DNA of 64,000 bases, taken from the NCBI RefSeq assembly GCF_004010195.1, contig NC_057728.1, forward strand, positions 53,860,535 through 53,924,534, read 5' to 3'. Position numbers and translations under genes: made by a program. The first letter of the stretch is position 1; each line of letters opens with the position of its first letter. Shown in pieces: positions 62,511 through 64,000 of the stretch. The notes under the pieces are model-generated. The model was given only the letters and a program-made list of their open reading frames with translations. It made no database searches and was not told the DNA's origin. This stretch comes from Chiloscyllium plagiosum (taxonomy: Eukaryota).

Positions 62511-63597
62511 GTAGCTGTCACATTATAAAAAGGCCACCACTGCCCCCATTTACACTAATTGCACACCGATTAAAATCACTTTTATAAACACAGATGTCTG
62601 TTGATCTTTTTCTGTTAACACTCAGCCCCTGAAAGAGGAAATGTTTGGACGCCTTTATGAATTATGCAAATTGAAAGTGTAAGAGTTGCAAACTCATGGA
62701 CAGTGAAGGGTTAATAATGTTGAGCAGGAAACAAACTGATGAATTAGTTCATGTCAGTGCAATAGTCTACAGGCGTGTATGTGCTTAGACTGTCCTATCT
62801 GTGTGCCATGTTGATTTGTACACTCAGCAATATAATTCTTCTTAAATAAAAGATGCCTATCGCAGGAGACTGGAAATTTTGAGCAGTAAGAAAGTATCAG
62901 CACTTGGTCATAGGCCAAATTCCACTGAGGAGTATTAGTTGAATAATCACAGAACTGAGGAGCAAAACCTAACCTGGAAACAATAGTTACTTTCGCTTAT
63001 TTGAAATTATTATAAATTAGAGGCAAATATAGAAATCACAGTGTCAGAACTCAACAATGTACAACATTGCATTATAATGATGAAAATGGAACATAAAGCT
63101 GATCTGTCCAACAGTGACCATGAAGCTGGTTGTTGTAGAAATCCATCTGGTTCACTAAACTCCTTTAGGGAAGGTGATCTGACATCCTTACCTGGTCTGG
63201 CCTACATGTGACTCCAGACCGACACCAATGTGTTTATTTCTTAACTACCTCTCCAGGCAGTTAGAAATGGGCAATAAGTGCTGGCCTAGCCAATAACACC
63301 CATGTCCCATAAGCAAATAAGGAAACAGGAGTGGAAGTAGACCAGTTGGTCCATCAAGCCTATTCCGCCTTTCGGTAAGATTGTGGTGATCTGATATATA
63401 GCTCATTTCCCTGCCTGCCTCCCAGAACTTTTGACATGCATGTCAATCAAAACCTCAGAAATGAATACACTTAGTGACTGGGTCTCACTGCTCTCTGGGG
63501 CAGAGAATTCCCAAGTCTAGTAATATTTCCCCACGAGTCAATCTACACTGTCAAGTCCACTCAGAACATCACATGATTCAATAAGGTTATCTCTCAT

Positions 63598-63632
63598 TTC
63601 CTGAAGAAGGGCCTGTGCCCGAAACGTCGAAT
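63598..63632 (+). ncRNA. Minimal type I hammerhead ribozyme motif, best-paired copy
   Basis: TTC CTGAAGA A GGGC CTGT GCCC GAAAC GTC GAA, giving stem I TTC/GAA, stem II GGGC/GCCC, palindromic ACGT and a GUC triplet. Confidence 0.7.
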
Positions 63633-63724
63633 CTCCTGTTCCCTGGATGCTGCCTGACCTGCTGTGCTGTTCCAGCAATAAAGTTTCAACTTTGATCTCC
63701 AGCATCTGAAGACTCACTTTCTCC
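63599..63724 (+). mobile_element. Penelope family A terminal fragment with 11-bp TSD
   Basis: tatctctcatt occurs at 63588-63598 and 63725-63735. Confidence 0.82.
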
Positions 63725-63757
63725 TATCTCTCATTCTTCCAAATGCCAATGGTGTGT

Positions 63758-63906
63758 TACATAGAACATAGAACATTACAGTGCAGTACAGGCCCTTCGG
63801 CCCTCGATGTTGCGCCACCCTGTCATACTAATCTGAAGCCCATCCCACCTACACTATTCCATCTACGTCCATTTGCCTGTCCAATGACGACTTAAATGCA
63901 CTTAAA
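63758..63906 (-). mobile_element. CR1 3' tail fragment
   Basis: Reverse complement has a tatgttc tail and gggccgaagggcctgt. Confidence 0.75.
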
Positions 63907-64000
63907 CTTTTCCTCCGCTACATTGATGACTGTATCGGCGCTACCTCGTGCTCCCACAAGGAGGTTGAACAGTTCATCCACTTTACCAACACCTTCCACC
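63907..64000 (+). mobile_element. Penelope reverse transcriptase fragment, continues beyond the window
   Basis: LFLRYIDDCIGATSCSHKEVEQFIHFTNTFH contains the PLE RYxDD catalytic motif. Confidence 0.85.

Noticed and set aside
1..64000. CRISPR array, prokaryotic operon, retron or rRNA
   Set aside because: No regularly spaced repeat-spacer array, no gene-dense structure and no rRNA motifs. All RT motifs belong to eukaryotic retroelements.

Overview
Eukaryotic, repeat-dominated DNA with no recognisable intact host gene. The repeat repertoire (HE1-like V-SINEs sharing a 3' tail with CR1/HER1-like LINEs, Deu-domain-like SINEs, Rex1, Penelope) points to a shark or other elasmobranch intron or intergenic region; this is an inference. 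The window holds many 5'-truncated CR1 LINE fragments, about 13 HE1-like SINEs, one near-full-length but disabled L1-clade LINE on the minus strand (7332-11909), a decayed PIF/Harbinger transposase (about 49060-50350), Rex1 3' remnants, probable LTR fragments and two assembly gaps. The most interesting signal is a set of Penelope-like-element (PLE) derivatives from at least three families. Many are short fold-back hairpins flanked by 10-15 bp target-site duplications, and they carry minimal hammerhead ribozyme cores (CUGANGA-stem II-GAAA plus a 4-nt palindromic stem III). Other oddities are a 27-nt templated insertion inside one hairpin, a tandem cluster of nuclear-receptor DR1 motifs, an RFX half-site cluster, a local duplication and repeat-free islands that may be enhancers. 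Family names come from motif recognition, not database searches, and most boundaries are approximate.
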